From the NCBI GenBank assembly GCA_964393205.1, contig CAYMSV010000003.1, forward strand, positions 98,608 to 162,607: a DNA stretch of 64,000 nt. Direction: 5' to 3'. Positions 1-9,366 of this stretch are shown here, piece after piece; position 1 is the first letter of the stretch; each line of letters starts with the position of its first letter. This stretch comes from an uncultured Pseudomonadales bacterium (GTDB lineage Bacteria > Patescibacteriota > Microgenomatia > UBA1400 > PJMF01). The notes beneath the pieces were generated by a model. That model did no database searches and was not told the DNA's origin. It saw only the letters and a list, made by a program, of their open reading frames with translations. Made by a program: the position numbers and the translations under genes.

Positions 1-572
1 ACTAAAAGTTTTTTAGCTTTCTTAGCGCCCCAGGCAGTATTGGAGGACTTACCTTTAATTTCCCCAGGAATATCTGGATGCTTAGTTGACCAAAGGTGCC
101 CAAAAACGTTAGCAAACTTATCTTTTAATATTTTTGCTTTCTTGTCTGCTTCACTACCTTCTCGTTCTTCAAAAGAAAGCATGATATGAATATTTTTTGG
201 AGGAAAACTTTGTTTACTGAGTCCTGATAAGGTATTTTCTAAAGTGGATAAAGGTTCTTGGAAGGTAGGAATGATAATCAGGTGGTGGATTTCTCGCCAG
301 CGCTTTGGAAACTGTTTCTTAAGTTTAGATAAGACATCATTTTTACTATTTTTTTTCACTTTAATTTGAGCTATGGTGGCAAAAATAGCCAAATTAATTG
401 ACCTATAAAGCCAGTAAACAGCAAAGATTATCACATAATAAGCCACAAATTTTGGAATTATGAAGGAACCCCAAATGGGAAATAGAATCCAAAACCAAGA
501 AAAAAGTCCAGGTAAAATTTCTAGTGCTCGTTGAGTACGAATTGGATGGCGGCGAAAATATCTTTTAATCAT
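1..572 (-). CDS. Partial CDS (N-terminal part; gene continues left of the window): polytopic membrane family-2 glycosyltransferase (cellulose-synthase-like / processive beta-glycosyltransferase type)
   Basis: I translated the minus strand by hand: MIKRYFRRHPIRTQRALEILPGLFSWFWILFPIWGSFIIPKFVAYYVIIFAVYWLYRSINLAIFATIAQIK... (two N-terminal TM helices), then IIIPTFQEPLSTLENTLSGL... and HPDIPGEIKGKSSNTAWG, which resemble the first GT-A motifs (Rossmann start, then 'GKAGALN'-like). The start codon overlaps the tatD stop by about 8 nt. Confidence 0.4.
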   Translation of the reverse strand, partial: MIKRYFRRHPIRTQRALEILPGLFSWFWILFPIWGSFIIPKFVAYYVIIFAVYWLYRSINLAIFATIAQIKVKKNSKNDVLSKLKKQFPKRWREIHHLIIIPTFQEPLSTLENTLSGLSKQSFPPKNIHIMLSFEEREGSEADKKAKILKDKFANVFGHLWSTKHPDIPGEIKGKSSNTAWGAKKAKKLL

Positions 573-1452
573 TATTTTTTTCTGAATTACTTGGCAAATT
601 AAAAGCGGCTAAAGAATTTTGATAAATTTGATCCAAATTTGCTTTTAAGTTAATTTTAACAAAATTAGCAAGGTGACTTATCATTTTTGGTTGGCAAATT
701 TGACCACGATAAGGTACTGGTGCTAAATATGGAGCATCGGTTTCTAGCAAAATTTTATCAGCTTTTTCTCTTTGAATTAATTGAAACATTTCTCTTAAAT
801 TTTTAGCGTTTTTAAAAGTTAAATTACCATCAAAACCAAAATAACTATTTTCAATAGTCATAGCTTCTTTAATGTAATCAATAGGACCTGACAAACAATG
901 AAAGATAATGTTTTCTTTAGCTGGCCAGTATTCCTTTAAAATTTCTAAGATGCGCCAATAGCCCTCTTCACCTTGATCACGAGCATGAATAATAAGTGTT
1001 TTTTTCTTTTTTATGGCTAATTTAATATGCTCAATAAATAGTTTTTCTTGAGCTTGTTTAATGTTTTGTAGCTTATTTAAATCATCTTTTTTTGAAAAAT
1101 GAAAAAAATCTAAGCCAGTTTCACCAATTGCTATTACACTTTTTTCTTCAGCTAATTGCTCAATAGTAGCAATCGCTTTCTTAAGCGCTATCTTTTCCAC
1201 TCGAAGTGGATGAACAGCAACACTGGCATATAGATTTTGATCTTTTTTAGCAATTTCTACAGCTAATTGACTGCTGTTTAGACCAGCTCCTGGAATTAAA
1301 GTTTTTTGAATATCGTTATTTTGTGCTTCTAGCCAATGGTCCTGCCAGTTTTTTTTAAGAAGTGAGTCGTTTTTATCTATTTTAAAACAAAAAGCTTGAC
1401 CACTATATAAGGGCTCTAGGTTGTAGTGGCAATGAGTGTCAAAAATTGGCAT
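565..1452 (-). CDS. tatD: TatD-family metal-dependent DNase/hydrolase
   Basis: N-terminal 'FDTHCH' metal-binding motif, about 295 aa, TIM-barrel hydrolase layout typical of TatD/YcfH. Confidence 0.85.
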   Translation of the reverse strand: MPIFDTHCHYNLEPLYSGQAFCFKIDKNDSLLKKNWQDHWLEAQNNDIQKTLIPGAGLNSSQLAVEIAKKDQNLYASVAVHPLRVEKIALKKAIATIEQLAEEKSVIAIGETGLDFFHFSKKDDLNKLQNIKQAQEKLFIEHIKLAIKKKKTLIIHARDQGEEGYWRILEILKEYWPAKENIIFHCLSGPIDYIKEAMTIENSYFGFDGNLTFKNAKNLREMFQLIQREKADKILLETDAPYLAPVPYRGQICQPKMISHLANFVKINLKANLDQIYQNSLAAFNLPSNSEKNND

Positions 1453-2882
1453 TATTTTATTCTGGTAAAGAGACCTTGTTCGAAAGCTCGTATTTTTTGC
1501 TGGTTGAATCTATCATTGATTATTTTAGTTGTTGAAGGCATAAAAACTTGTAAAGCTAAATTAAAATCCAACAGTTTTTGAATAGCTTTAATTAAAATTT
1601 CTTCTTTTTTACTTCCTTCAATTGACCAGGGTTTTTCTAAAGCTAAATATTGGTCAATTTCGCTCAATCCTTGGTCGATAATATTCAAAGCTTGAGTTAT
1701 ATCTTTATTGTCCATAGTTTTTGCAAAACCAGTGGGTAATTTAGCATGATAATCGATACTTAATTCTGCTGAATTTGCCATCTTAGCTAGTCGTGAACAG
1801 AGATTCCCCAGTCCATTAGCTAAAAAAGCATTAAAAGTGGTATCAAATTTTTGCCAACTAACATCCATGTCCTCTCCAAAAACACCTAATTTAATTAATA
1901 AATATCGGGTAGCATCTGTACCGTAGTGCTCAATCATGTCACTAGGACTAATGACGTTACCCAATGATTTGCTCATTTTTTGACCATCAACTCCAATAAA
2001 ACCATTGATAAGAATTTGTTGAGAGTTGGGTAGGTCGGCGGAGAGTAACATAGCCTGCCACATCGCTGCTTGTTGACGTAAATTATCTTTACCAGCTACT
2101 TGAACACCTGGCCAAAACTGTTGAAATTTGTCTAAATTATCTGGCCAGCCTAGGGTAGAAACATAGTTAACTAAGGCGTCAAACCAAACGTACATGACGT
2201 GTTCATCGTCTCCTGGAACCGGCACACCCCAAGACATATTCTTCTTTAATCTAGAGATGCTAAAATCTTCTAAACCAGCTTCAACAAAGGATTTTATTTC
2301 TTTAAGTCGAGAACTTGGTTTAACAAAATCATTTTGAGAAGCATAAAGTTTCAGCAAATCTTTTTGATATCGACTAAAACGAAAAAAATAATTTTCTTCT
2401 TCTCGCAGTTCTAATTCTTGTTTAGGATGCAGGGGGCAGCGACCACCTACTAGCTCACTAGCTGTTTTAGCTAATTCACAACCAACACAATATTGGATTG
2501 GATAAGTAGCCTTATAAATGTCGCCTTTTGCATAACAGCGTTGCCAAAAATTTTGGGCAGCAGCCATGTGTTTGGGATTAGTAGTACGAATGAAATGATT
2601 GCTGCTTAAATCTAATTGTTCTTTTAAATCTTGGAATTGTTTACTTTGTTGATCACAGAAGTTTTGAGGGTCTAGATTGGCTTTTTGAGCTTGATTGATA
2701 ATTTTCTGCCCATGTTCATCGGTACCGGTGTTAAAAACTACTTCTTGATTAAGAATTTCTCGATGGTAACGAGCGATTACATCAGCGGCTACAATTTCCA
2801 GAGCAAAACCGATATGAGGTTTTGCATTAACATAAGGCAAAGTAGTAGTAATATAAAAAGTTTGACTCATAGGACCCCCCAT
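1452..2882 (-). CDS. metG: Methionyl-tRNA synthetase (short form, no C-terminal tRNA-binding extension)
   Basis: 'PYVNAKPHIGFA' HIGH-type motif, zinc-knuckle cysteines (CVGCE...CPLH), KMSKS motif 'KMSKSLGN'. Confidence 0.95.
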   Translation of the reverse strand: MGGPMSQTFYITTTLPYVNAKPHIGFALEIVAADVIARYHREILNQEVVFNTGTDEHGQKIINQAQKANLDPQNFCDQQSKQFQDLKEQLDLSSNHFIRTTNPKHMAAAQNFWQRCYAKGDIYKATYPIQYCVGCELAKTASELVGGRCPLHPKQELELREEENYFFRFSRYQKDLLKLYASQNDFVKPSSRLKEIKSFVEAGLEDFSISRLKKNMSWGVPVPGDDEHVMYVWFDALVNYVSTLGWPDNLDKFQQFWPGVQVAGKDNLRQQAAMWQAMLLSADLPNSQQILINGFIGVDGQKMSKSLGNVISPSDMIEHYGTDATRYLLIKLGVFGEDMDVSWQKFDTTFNAFLANGLGNLCSRLAKMANSAELSIDYHAKLPTGFAKTMDNKDITQALNIIDQGLSEIDQYLALEKPWSIEGSKKEEILIKAIQKLLDFNLALQVFMPSTTKIINDRFNQQKIRAFEQGLFTRIK

Positions 2883-3289
2883 TATAACAGTCTTTTCTCG
2901 ATCTGGTTAATGATTAACCAGATCAATGGTGCTGTTGCCAAAATGATAAATAAATAATAATTAAAATTTAAGTTTTGTAAATAAATAAACAACAGTATTA
3001 CTAGATTAAAAGCTATGCAAAAAGCTAGGCGTTGCTTAATAAATACAAACTTTAAAAGAAAAAAACTGGTAAAAAATATTAAAAACAAAAAGGGCAAATA
3101 AGAGTTGGGCAAAATAATGTTTGCAATGTCGTTGGGAGAACTGTAAAACATTAGTGAAATTAATAAAACAAGACTTAATAATCCTAAAAAAAAGTCGATT
3201 ATTGGACGTTCTTTTTTTATTTTAATTGCTTTTTCTTTTTTTAATCTTGATTTGCCTCGGTTTTTTTTTAGAGCTTGGGTAGTCTTCAT
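2882..3289 (-). CDS. Small basic membrane protein, function unknown
   Basis: Lys/Arg-rich N-terminus followed by three hydrophobic helices. The start overlaps the metG stop. Contains an A9 homopolymer tract in the coding sequence. Confidence 0.4.
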   Translation of the reverse strand: MKTTQALKKNRGKSRLKKEKAIKIKKERPIIDFFLGLLSLVLLISLMFYSSPNDIANIILPNSYLPFLFLIFFTSFFLLKFVFIKQRLAFCIAFNLVILLFIYLQNLNFNYYLFIILATAPLIWLIINQIEKRLL

Positions 3290-3311
3290 AGTTCTAGTAT
3301 ACTGAAACTAT

Positions 3312-4436
3312 ATGAATCTTGTCATTATTATTTCTTTAATTTTACTAATTATTCTTGTTTCTTTTTTAGTCTATTTTTTGTTAAAAAAGCAAGCTAACTT
3401 GATAGAAGAAGACCAGGTTTTAGATGAAAAATTAGAAACGGCTGTCAATAAGGTCTTTGGAATGACGGCTAATAAAATTGCAGAACAAAGCAAAAACATA
3501 TTACAAAGTGAACAAAACCTATTAAAAACTGATTTGGCTAATAAGCAAGCTACTATTGAAAAGCTGGTTAAACAATTGCAGGAAGATTTAAATCAGAAAC
3601 AAAAAGAAATAAGAGAAATTGAAAAGAAGCAAATTGATAAAATTAGTGGTGTTACTACGGCCATTGAAGATCATCGTAATCTGACTAAAGAACTCAAGGT
3701 CTCAACAGATAAGTTAACTAGCATGATTAGTAATAATCAAAAGCGTGGAGCTTGGGGAGAGCGAATTATTGAAGATTTACTACAAGCCAGCGGTTTTCAA
3801 GAAGGACAACACTATCTGCGCCAAAGTAAACAAAAAGGCTCTAATTTGAAACCGGACATTACACTTTTATTGCCAGATAATAGAAATGTGCCAGTTGATG
3901 TTAAGTTTCCTTATGCAGCTGTTCAGCAAATGTCTAATACAGAAAGTCAGTCTGAAAAAAAGACTTATATGCAGCAGTTTGGCAGAGATTTAAAGGCTAA
4001 AATTGATAAAGTAGCAGAGTATATTTCTCCAGAAAGCAATACTCTAGATTACGCAATTTTATTTGTGCCAAATGAAATGTTGTTTTCTTTCATCAATCAA
4101 AAATTTTCAGAGATTATTGACGAAGCCTTAAGTAAAAAAGTAATTCTTTGCTCACCCTTTACCTTTTTGGTAGTGGCAAGAACAGTCATGGAAAGTTATC
4201 GCAATTTTATGGTGGGTAAAAAAATTCAAGAAGTTATTAAGCAAGTCGATGCTTTTAGTAATGAGTGGGTCAGGTTTGATGAAGAGTTTCAAAAATTTGG
4301 ACGCAGTATCACTAGTTTACAAAACAACTACAACACTTTAACAACTACTCGTAAAAAACAAATGGAAAAAAGAATCGATAAAATTGAGGAATATCGTTCT
4401 GGATCTGGACAATTATTAACTGAGGGAAAAAACTAA
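3312..4436 (+). CDS. rmuC: DNA recombination protein RmuC
   Basis: N-terminal TM, a long coiled-coil, and a C-terminal RmuC nuclease-like domain (WGERIIEDLL..., PDITLLLPDNRNVPVDVKFP). Confidence 0.75.
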   Translation: MNLVIIISLILLIILVSFLVYFLLKKQANLIEEDQVLDEKLETAVNKVFGMTANKIAEQSKNILQSEQNLLKTDLANKQATIEKLVKQLQEDLNQKQKEIREIEKKQIDKISGVTTAIEDHRNLTKELKVSTDKLTSMISNNQKRGAWGERIIEDLLQASGFQEGQHYLRQSKQKGSNLKPDITLLLPDNRNVPVDVKFPYAAVQQMSNTESQSEKKTYMQQFGRDLKAKIDKVAEYISPESNTLDYAILFVPNEMLFSFINQKFSEIIDEALSKKVILCSPFTFLVVARTVMESYRNFMVGKKIQEVIKQVDAFSNEWVRFDEEFQKFGRSITSLQNNYNTLTTTRKKQMEKRIDKIEEYRSGSGQLLTEGKN

Positions 4437-5536
4437 TTCTTTTTTAGTTCTCTATTAAAAAAACTAATATCCCTATTAATGGCTGTTTGCCAATTTGGCC
4501 TTAGATTGTGATCAGCGTCTTCGTAGCGATAATAATCATAAGTAATAGGTGTTTCATCTAAGTCAGATCGCCTTTGATTTTCAGCCTCTAATTTTTTAAT
4601 AAAATCCTCAGACCAGTCAATGGGTGCTTCTAGATCTTTAGCTCCGTGATGTATTTGTAACGGTCCTTGGAGTGCATCCAAGTGATGGGTTAAAGAAAAA
4701 TCAAAGACATCATAATCCTTTTCGAAAATACTTAAATATTTACGCATTTCTTTACCCTCGTCTGAATGTTCATCACTGTAGAAAAGAATTGAATAAGGAA
4801 ACGGAGCAGTGACTGGTGCCCAGAGTGTGCTTGGAATACTTTCTTGTAGAATTTCCAAAGCAGTCAGAGTAATTTGACCACCATTGCTATGAGCCCAAAT
4901 GCCGATTTCTTGGGGCTGAATCTTAATTTTTTGAATACTGCTGCCCAATTCTTCTGGAACAATAATTTCTGGATAAGTTTTTAATGTGTTAAGTAGATCA
5001 ATAACATTAATTGGCTTAATAAATCGAGCCTCCCAAGTATCAGTTAAATCGTCATCGCTTTGACCGTAACCTAAAAAATCTGGAGCCAAAGTTAGATAGC
5101 CTGCTTGAGCAAAAGCTTGAGCTGCATTTTTTGTACCCAAGCCAATGTAATAATTATCTATTGGAGCCCAACCTCTCAATAAAATAATTGTTGCTAATTC
5201 AATGGTGCTACCTTGTTCTAATTGTTCTTGAGGATAAGCAATGTTAAGAGCACCAGAAATATTTTTACCCTGACTGTGATAATTGAAAATAAATTTTTCT
5301 GTTTGATTTTCACTAGCTAAGACACCGGTTATTGTAATGGCTTGTCTAGTGGGAAAATTTTGTTTTTGCAAGTTTCTGATAGTATATGCTTGTAGGGCTA
5401 GTTTTTGAGAGAATTCAGTTTTTTTGATAAAGGGATTAATTAAGTTATTAGAAAAAATTTCCTGAGAGAGAAAAAAACCCAATAAAGCACCCAATAGACT
5501 TATCAGTGTAATAAAAATAATCTTTTTAAGTTTCAT
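4433..5536 (-). CDS. Secreted alpha/beta-hydrolase (esterase/peptidase S9-like)
   Basis: Signal peptide/TM at the N-terminus; nucleophile elbow 'GIWAHSNGG'; C-terminal Asp/His ('EDADHN') consistent with a Ser-Asp-His triad. Confidence 0.6.
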   Translation of the reverse strand: MKLKKIIFITLISLLGALLGFFLSQEIFSNNLINPFIKKTEFSQKLALQAYTIRNLQKQNFPTRQAITITGVLASENQTEKFIFNYHSQGKNISGALNIAYPQEQLEQGSTIELATIILLRGWAPIDNYYIGLGTKNAAQAFAQAGYLTLAPDFLGYGQSDDDLTDTWEARFIKPINVIDLLNTLKTYPEIIVPEELGSSIQKIKIQPQEIGIWAHSNGGQITLTALEILQESIPSTLWAPVTAPFPYSILFYSDEHSDEGKEMRKYLSIFEKDYDVFDFSLTHHLDALQGPLQIHHGAKDLEAPIDWSEDFIKKLEAENQRRSDLDETPITYDYYRYEDADHNLRPNWQTAINRDISFFNRELKKN

Positions 5537-5739
5537 AGGTCAAGTGATCGTCTTAATTCCTCTTCTGAAGAACAATCGGAAAGAGTAGCGTAGACAAGCT
5601 CTAAAGCTATCGGATACAAAACATTAAGTTTTTTACTCAATTCATTTGCTAAACTTTTTATTTTTGCTAAACTTATCATGAAATTTGTTTCCTCTTCGAT
5701 CAGTCCATTTTCTTTGATTATGCCTTCTTTTTTCATCAT
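5533..5739 (-). CDS. Small hypothetical protein (68 aa)
   Basis: ORF only. It overlaps the downstream hydrolase gene by 4 nt (translational coupling). No recognisable motif. Confidence 0.3.
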   Translation of the reverse strand: MMKKEGIIKENGLIEEETNFMISLAKIKSLANELSKKLNVLYPIALELVYATLSDCSSEEELRRSLDL

Positions 5740-5788
5740 TTGTTTCCTTTGTTTTTAATTTCTTAAGCAAAAAAGTTCAATTTAGCTT

Positions 5789-5794
5789 TATAAT
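5789..5794 (+). promoter_or_regulatory. Candidate -10 box (TATAAT) for aspS; implies a near-leaderless transcript
   Basis: An exact TATAAT lies 10 nt upstream of the aspS ATG (5805). No Shine-Dalgarno is visible between them. Confidence 0.25.
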
Positions 5795-5804
5795 AAAGCA
5801 GTTT

Positions 5805-7226
5805 ATGTCAAAATCAACTCCATCTCGAATTACTATAAGTAAGGCTCCTGATCATCTTGGAAAAACAGTAAAGTTAGCTGGCTGGGTTGCCAATAAACGT
5901 GACCACTCTAAAGTTACCTTTGTAGATTTACGTGATGAATCAGGATTAATTCAATGTGTTGGAGTTAAGGGTAAATTAAAAGACTTAACAAGTGAAACAG
6001 TGGTGGAGTTAGTTGGACAAATTAATAAAAGACCAGAAAATCTAATTAATAAGGACATGCTTACTGGTGAAATAGAATTATTTGTGGAGGATTATCGGAT
6101 TTTAAATAAGAGTTTAGAGTTGCCAATAAGCGTCGAAGGTGATGGATTAGAAATCAATGAAGAAGTTCGTTTAAAATATCGTTATTTGGACTTGCGTCGT
6201 CAACGTTTACAAAAAAATTTACGCCTAAAATCTAAGCTTGTGAATGCTTTTCGCCAAAAACTTTTAGATCAAGATTTTGTAGAAATAGAAACCCCTATGC
6301 TAACTAAGTCAACTAAAGAAGGGGCTCGAGACTTTATTGTTCCATCTCGTTTTCAACCAGGAAAATTCTATGCACTGCCTCAGAGTCCTCAACAATATAA
6401 GCAGTTATTAATGGCAGCTGGTTTTGAAAAATACTTTCAGCTTGCTCGCTGTATCCGTGATGAAGATTTGAGAGCTGATCGAGGTTTTGAATTTACCCAA
6501 CTAGATATTGAAATGAGCTTTGTTTCTCAAACAGAAATTATGAAAATTTTAGAGAATTTAGTGAAAGATGTTTGTGGTCAGTTGGGGGTTAAAATTAAAG
6601 ATCAAAGCTTCCCAAGAGTTAATTACCAGGAGGCAATGGATAAATATGGAGCGGATCGTTTTGACTTACGTAGCGAAAAAGATAAAGAAGAAGGTGTTTT
6701 AGCCTTTGCCTGGGTAGTTAATTTTCCTTTTTTCAAAAAGGTTGACAAAAGTGATCAAGCCGAGGTTAGGGATGGTAAGAGTGGTTGGACCTTTACTCAC
6801 AATCCCTTTTCTAGTCCAATCTCTGATCATATTGAGGCACATTTGGCCGGCAAGCAAACAGAAAAAATCACAGCTACTCAATACGATCTAGTTTGTAATG
6901 GATATGAAGTGGGAGGAGGAAGCTTACGGGCCCATCAGCCAGAAGTTTTGCGAGCTACTTTCAAAACTATGGGTTACACTGACAAAGAAATAGAAGAGAG
7001 TGTAGGTCACATGTTGAGAGCTTTTGAATTAGGCACACCTCCTCATGGAGGTATTGCTTTTGGCATTGATCGTTTATTAATGTTAATGACGGGCGAAGAA
7101 AACTTAAGAGAAACTATAGCTTTTCCTATGACTTCAAGTGGTAGAACTAGCATTATGGAGGCTCCTAGCAGCGTTAGTGATGAGCAATTAGCTGAATTAA
7201 AATTGAGCGTGACAGCAGATGAGTAA
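5805..7226 (+). CDS. aspS: Aspartyl-tRNA synthetase, archaeal/eukaryotic-type (no GAD insertion domain)
   Basis: Class II motifs: 'CIRDEDLRADRGFEFTQLDIEMSF' (motif 2) and 'GGGSLRAH...GIAFGIDRLLM' (motif 3). At 473 aa it is far shorter than the roughly 590 aa bacterial-type AspRS. Confidence 0.9.
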   Translation: MSKSTPSRITISKAPDHLGKTVKLAGWVANKRDHSKVTFVDLRDESGLIQCVGVKGKLKDLTSETVVELVGQINKRPENLINKDMLTGEIELFVEDYRILNKSLELPISVEGDGLEINEEVRLKYRYLDLRRQRLQKNLRLKSKLVNAFRQKLLDQDFVEIETPMLTKSTKEGARDFIVPSRFQPGKFYALPQSPQQYKQLLMAAGFEKYFQLARCIRDEDLRADRGFEFTQLDIEMSFVSQTEIMKILENLVKDVCGQLGVKIKDQSFPRVNYQEAMDKYGADRFDLRSEKDKEEGVLAFAWVVNFPFFKKVDKSDQAEVRDGKSGWTFTHNPFSSPISDHIEAHLAGKQTEKITATQYDLVCNGYEVGGGSLRAHQPEVLRATFKTMGYTDKEIEESVGHMLRAFELGTPPHGGIAFGIDRLLMLMTGEENLRETIAFPMTSSGRTSIMEAPSSVSDEQLAELKLSVTADE

Positions 7227-7244
7227 TCAAGTTAGAATTGAGGA

Positions 7245-8210
7245 GTGAAGTCTAAATCTTGGTCATCTCTTTTATTTGTTTTGATTATTCTATCTTTGTT
7301 TTGTACTTTATTTCTAATTTTTTATCCAAGTAAAAGCATTGAAAAACAAGCTATCTATTTACGACCCTTAGGTTTAATACCAATTTATAAAAATTTAGAT
7401 ATTAATCAAGATTATCTTTGGGAAAATTTGTCTTTAACGGCAGAAAGTGCTTACGCCTTTGATATAGAGAGCGGCACCCTATTATACGAAAAAAATTCAC
7501 GATCAAAATTGTATCCAGCCTCAACTATTAAAATGTTAACTGCTCTAGTGGCTATCGATTATTATCAACTAGATGATTTTTTAAGTGTTGATTCGGAAAC
7601 AGAGATTCTTGGTAATAGGATTAATTTGCAAAATGGTGAGCGATTTATGGCTAAGGATTTGTTAGCAGCACTATTAGTTTCTTCTGCTAATGACAGCGCC
7701 TATGTTTTGGCTAATAATTATCCGGGGGGTTTAGAGGGTTTTGTATTAGCCATGAATCAAAAGGCTAAAGAACTTAATTTAGAAGATAGTTTTTTTAGCA
7801 ATCCTGCTGGTTTAGATGAATTTGGACAATTAAGTAGTGCTAGAGATCTTAATATTTTGGCCAGAGAATTATTAAAAAATAATTTTTTACGAGAACTGGT
7901 CTCAACTTCTTATATGGAAATTAATTCTTTTGGTGGGAATGGTATTGAGCAAAAAAACTCTTTTTACCAGTTATTTAACACTAATCAGCTCTTGGGAAGA
8001 TTAAATGGAGTGAGTGGAGTAAAAACAGGAACCACTGATCTGGCTGGTGAGGTTTTAGTGACCTTAGTTAGACGTAATGGTAAGGAAATTTTAATCAGTT
8101 TAATGAACAGTCAAGATCGTTATGAAGATACTCAAAAGCTATTGGCTTGGATATTTAATACCTATCAATTTATTAACCCTAAAGAAGATTTAACAGTGAT
8201 GGCCTTTTAA
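7245..8210 (+). CDS. D-alanyl-D-alanine carboxypeptidase (PBP5/6-like serine peptidase S11)
   Basis: SxxK 'ASTIKM', SxN 'SSAND', KTG 'KTGTT'; N-terminal membrane anchor. Confidence 0.85.
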   Translation: MKSKSWSSLLFVLIILSLFCTLFLIFYPSKSIEKQAIYLRPLGLIPIYKNLDINQDYLWENLSLTAESAYAFDIESGTLLYEKNSRSKLYPASTIKMLTALVAIDYYQLDDFLSVDSETEILGNRINLQNGERFMAKDLLAALLVSSANDSAYVLANNYPGGLEGFVLAMNQKAKELNLEDSFFSNPAGLDEFGQLSSARDLNILARELLKNNFLRELVSTSYMEINSFGGNGIEQKNSFYQLFNTNQLLGRLNGVSGVKTGTTDLAGEVLVTLVRRNGKEILISLMNSQDRYEDTQKLLAWIFNTYQFINPKEDLTVMAF

Positions 8211-8248
8211 AAGCTTGAATCCTCTGGCAGAAGCCATTATACTAATAA

Positions 8249-9364
8249 GTGAATTTTATGTCAGATCAATTAATCAATAAAACAAAAAACACTAGTGTTG
8301 AGCCTAGCTTAAGTAATATTAACTATTTTAGTAGAGTAGGTCTAAAAATTTTAATAATTGCTTTAGTAGCTTTAATGGTAGGTAGAATTTTATGGAATCT
8401 TTTTGTTGATTATTGGAAGAGAACACATCCTCCTGGACCTCCTCCTCCAACAGTAGGTTTTGGTATTTTACCTAATTTAAATTTTCCAGATCAAGATGAT
8501 GAAGAAAAACCCAAAGAATATATTTTAGAAATGGCAGGCTCTCTGAATGATTCTGTTGATCAAATAAAAGTTTTTTTTATGCCTAAGCCGGCAGTTAGTT
8601 TGTTAACCGATCAGAAAGTTAAGGAAATAGCAGCCAAATATGGTTTTATTTTTTCTCCAGAAATTATTTCTGGCGAACTTTATCGTTTTACTAAAACCCA
8701 GCCCATTGATATGAGTATGGAAATTGATGCTGCTTTTTTAACTTTTTCTATTAGTAGCAATTATTTAACTAAACCAGAATTATTAATGACTGGTGGTAAT
8801 CGCAAATTACCTGAAGAATTTGAGGCCAGTGATAGGGTTAAAAAATTTCTAGCTGATGGAGGCTTGATGCCAAAAGATGTGGCTACTAGTTCTGGAAAAA
8901 TCACTTATAAAAAATCTTTGGGGGGAGAACTTAGTTCTGCCTATTCTTTATCTGATGCAGATTTTGTTCAAGTAGATTTAAATCGAGCGCCTATTGATGA
9001 TCTTTATGTCATTTATACTCCCAGTGGTGAAAAGGGAGTAATTTCAGCAATTATTACTGGAGCTCTTAGTGGCAATAATTCTCTTGTGGAAATAGATTAT
9101 AACTATCATGAAGTTGACTACACCACCTTTGAAACTTATCCATTAAGAGGTGTTAGATCAGCTTGGAAAATGGTTCAGTCAGGAGAAGCTTATGTTGCTA
9201 GTGGACAAAATTTAGAAAGAGCAGTGATTCGTGAAGTTGAATTAGCTTATTATGATGATTTTACATATCAGCCGTTTTTGCAGGCAGTTTATGTTTTTAA
9301 GGGTGATGATAATTTTTTAGCTTTTGTAAATGCTATTCACCCCAACTATTTGGAGAGAAAATAA
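8249..9364 (+). CDS. Membrane-anchored extracytoplasmic protein, function unknown
   Basis: One N-terminal TM, then a proline-rich linker (PPGPPPP) and a roughly 300 aa extracytoplasmic domain. No catalytic motif recognised. Confidence 0.4.
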   Translation: MNFMSDQLINKTKNTSVEPSLSNINYFSRVGLKILIIALVALMVGRILWNLFVDYWKRTHPPGPPPPTVGFGILPNLNFPDQDDEEKPKEYILEMAGSLNDSVDQIKVFFMPKPAVSLLTDQKVKEIAAKYGFIFSPEIISGELYRFTKTQPIDMSMEIDAAFLTFSISSNYLTKPELLMTGGNRKLPEEFEASDRVKKFLADGGLMPKDVATSSGKITYKKSLGGELSSAYSLSDADFVQVDLNRAPIDDLYVIYTPSGEKGVISAIITGALSGNNSLVEIDYNYHEVDYTTFETYPLRGVRSAWKMVQSGEAYVASGQNLERAVIREVELAYYDDFTYQPFLQAVYVFKGDDNFLAFVNAIHPNYLERK

Positions 9365-9366
9365 TT

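Noticed and set aside
2685-2957. Plus-strand 90-aa ORF from the six-frame track
   Set aside because: It lies entirely inside, and antisense to, the well-supported metG and small-membrane-protein genes. AT-rich antisense frames readily stay open. No motif.
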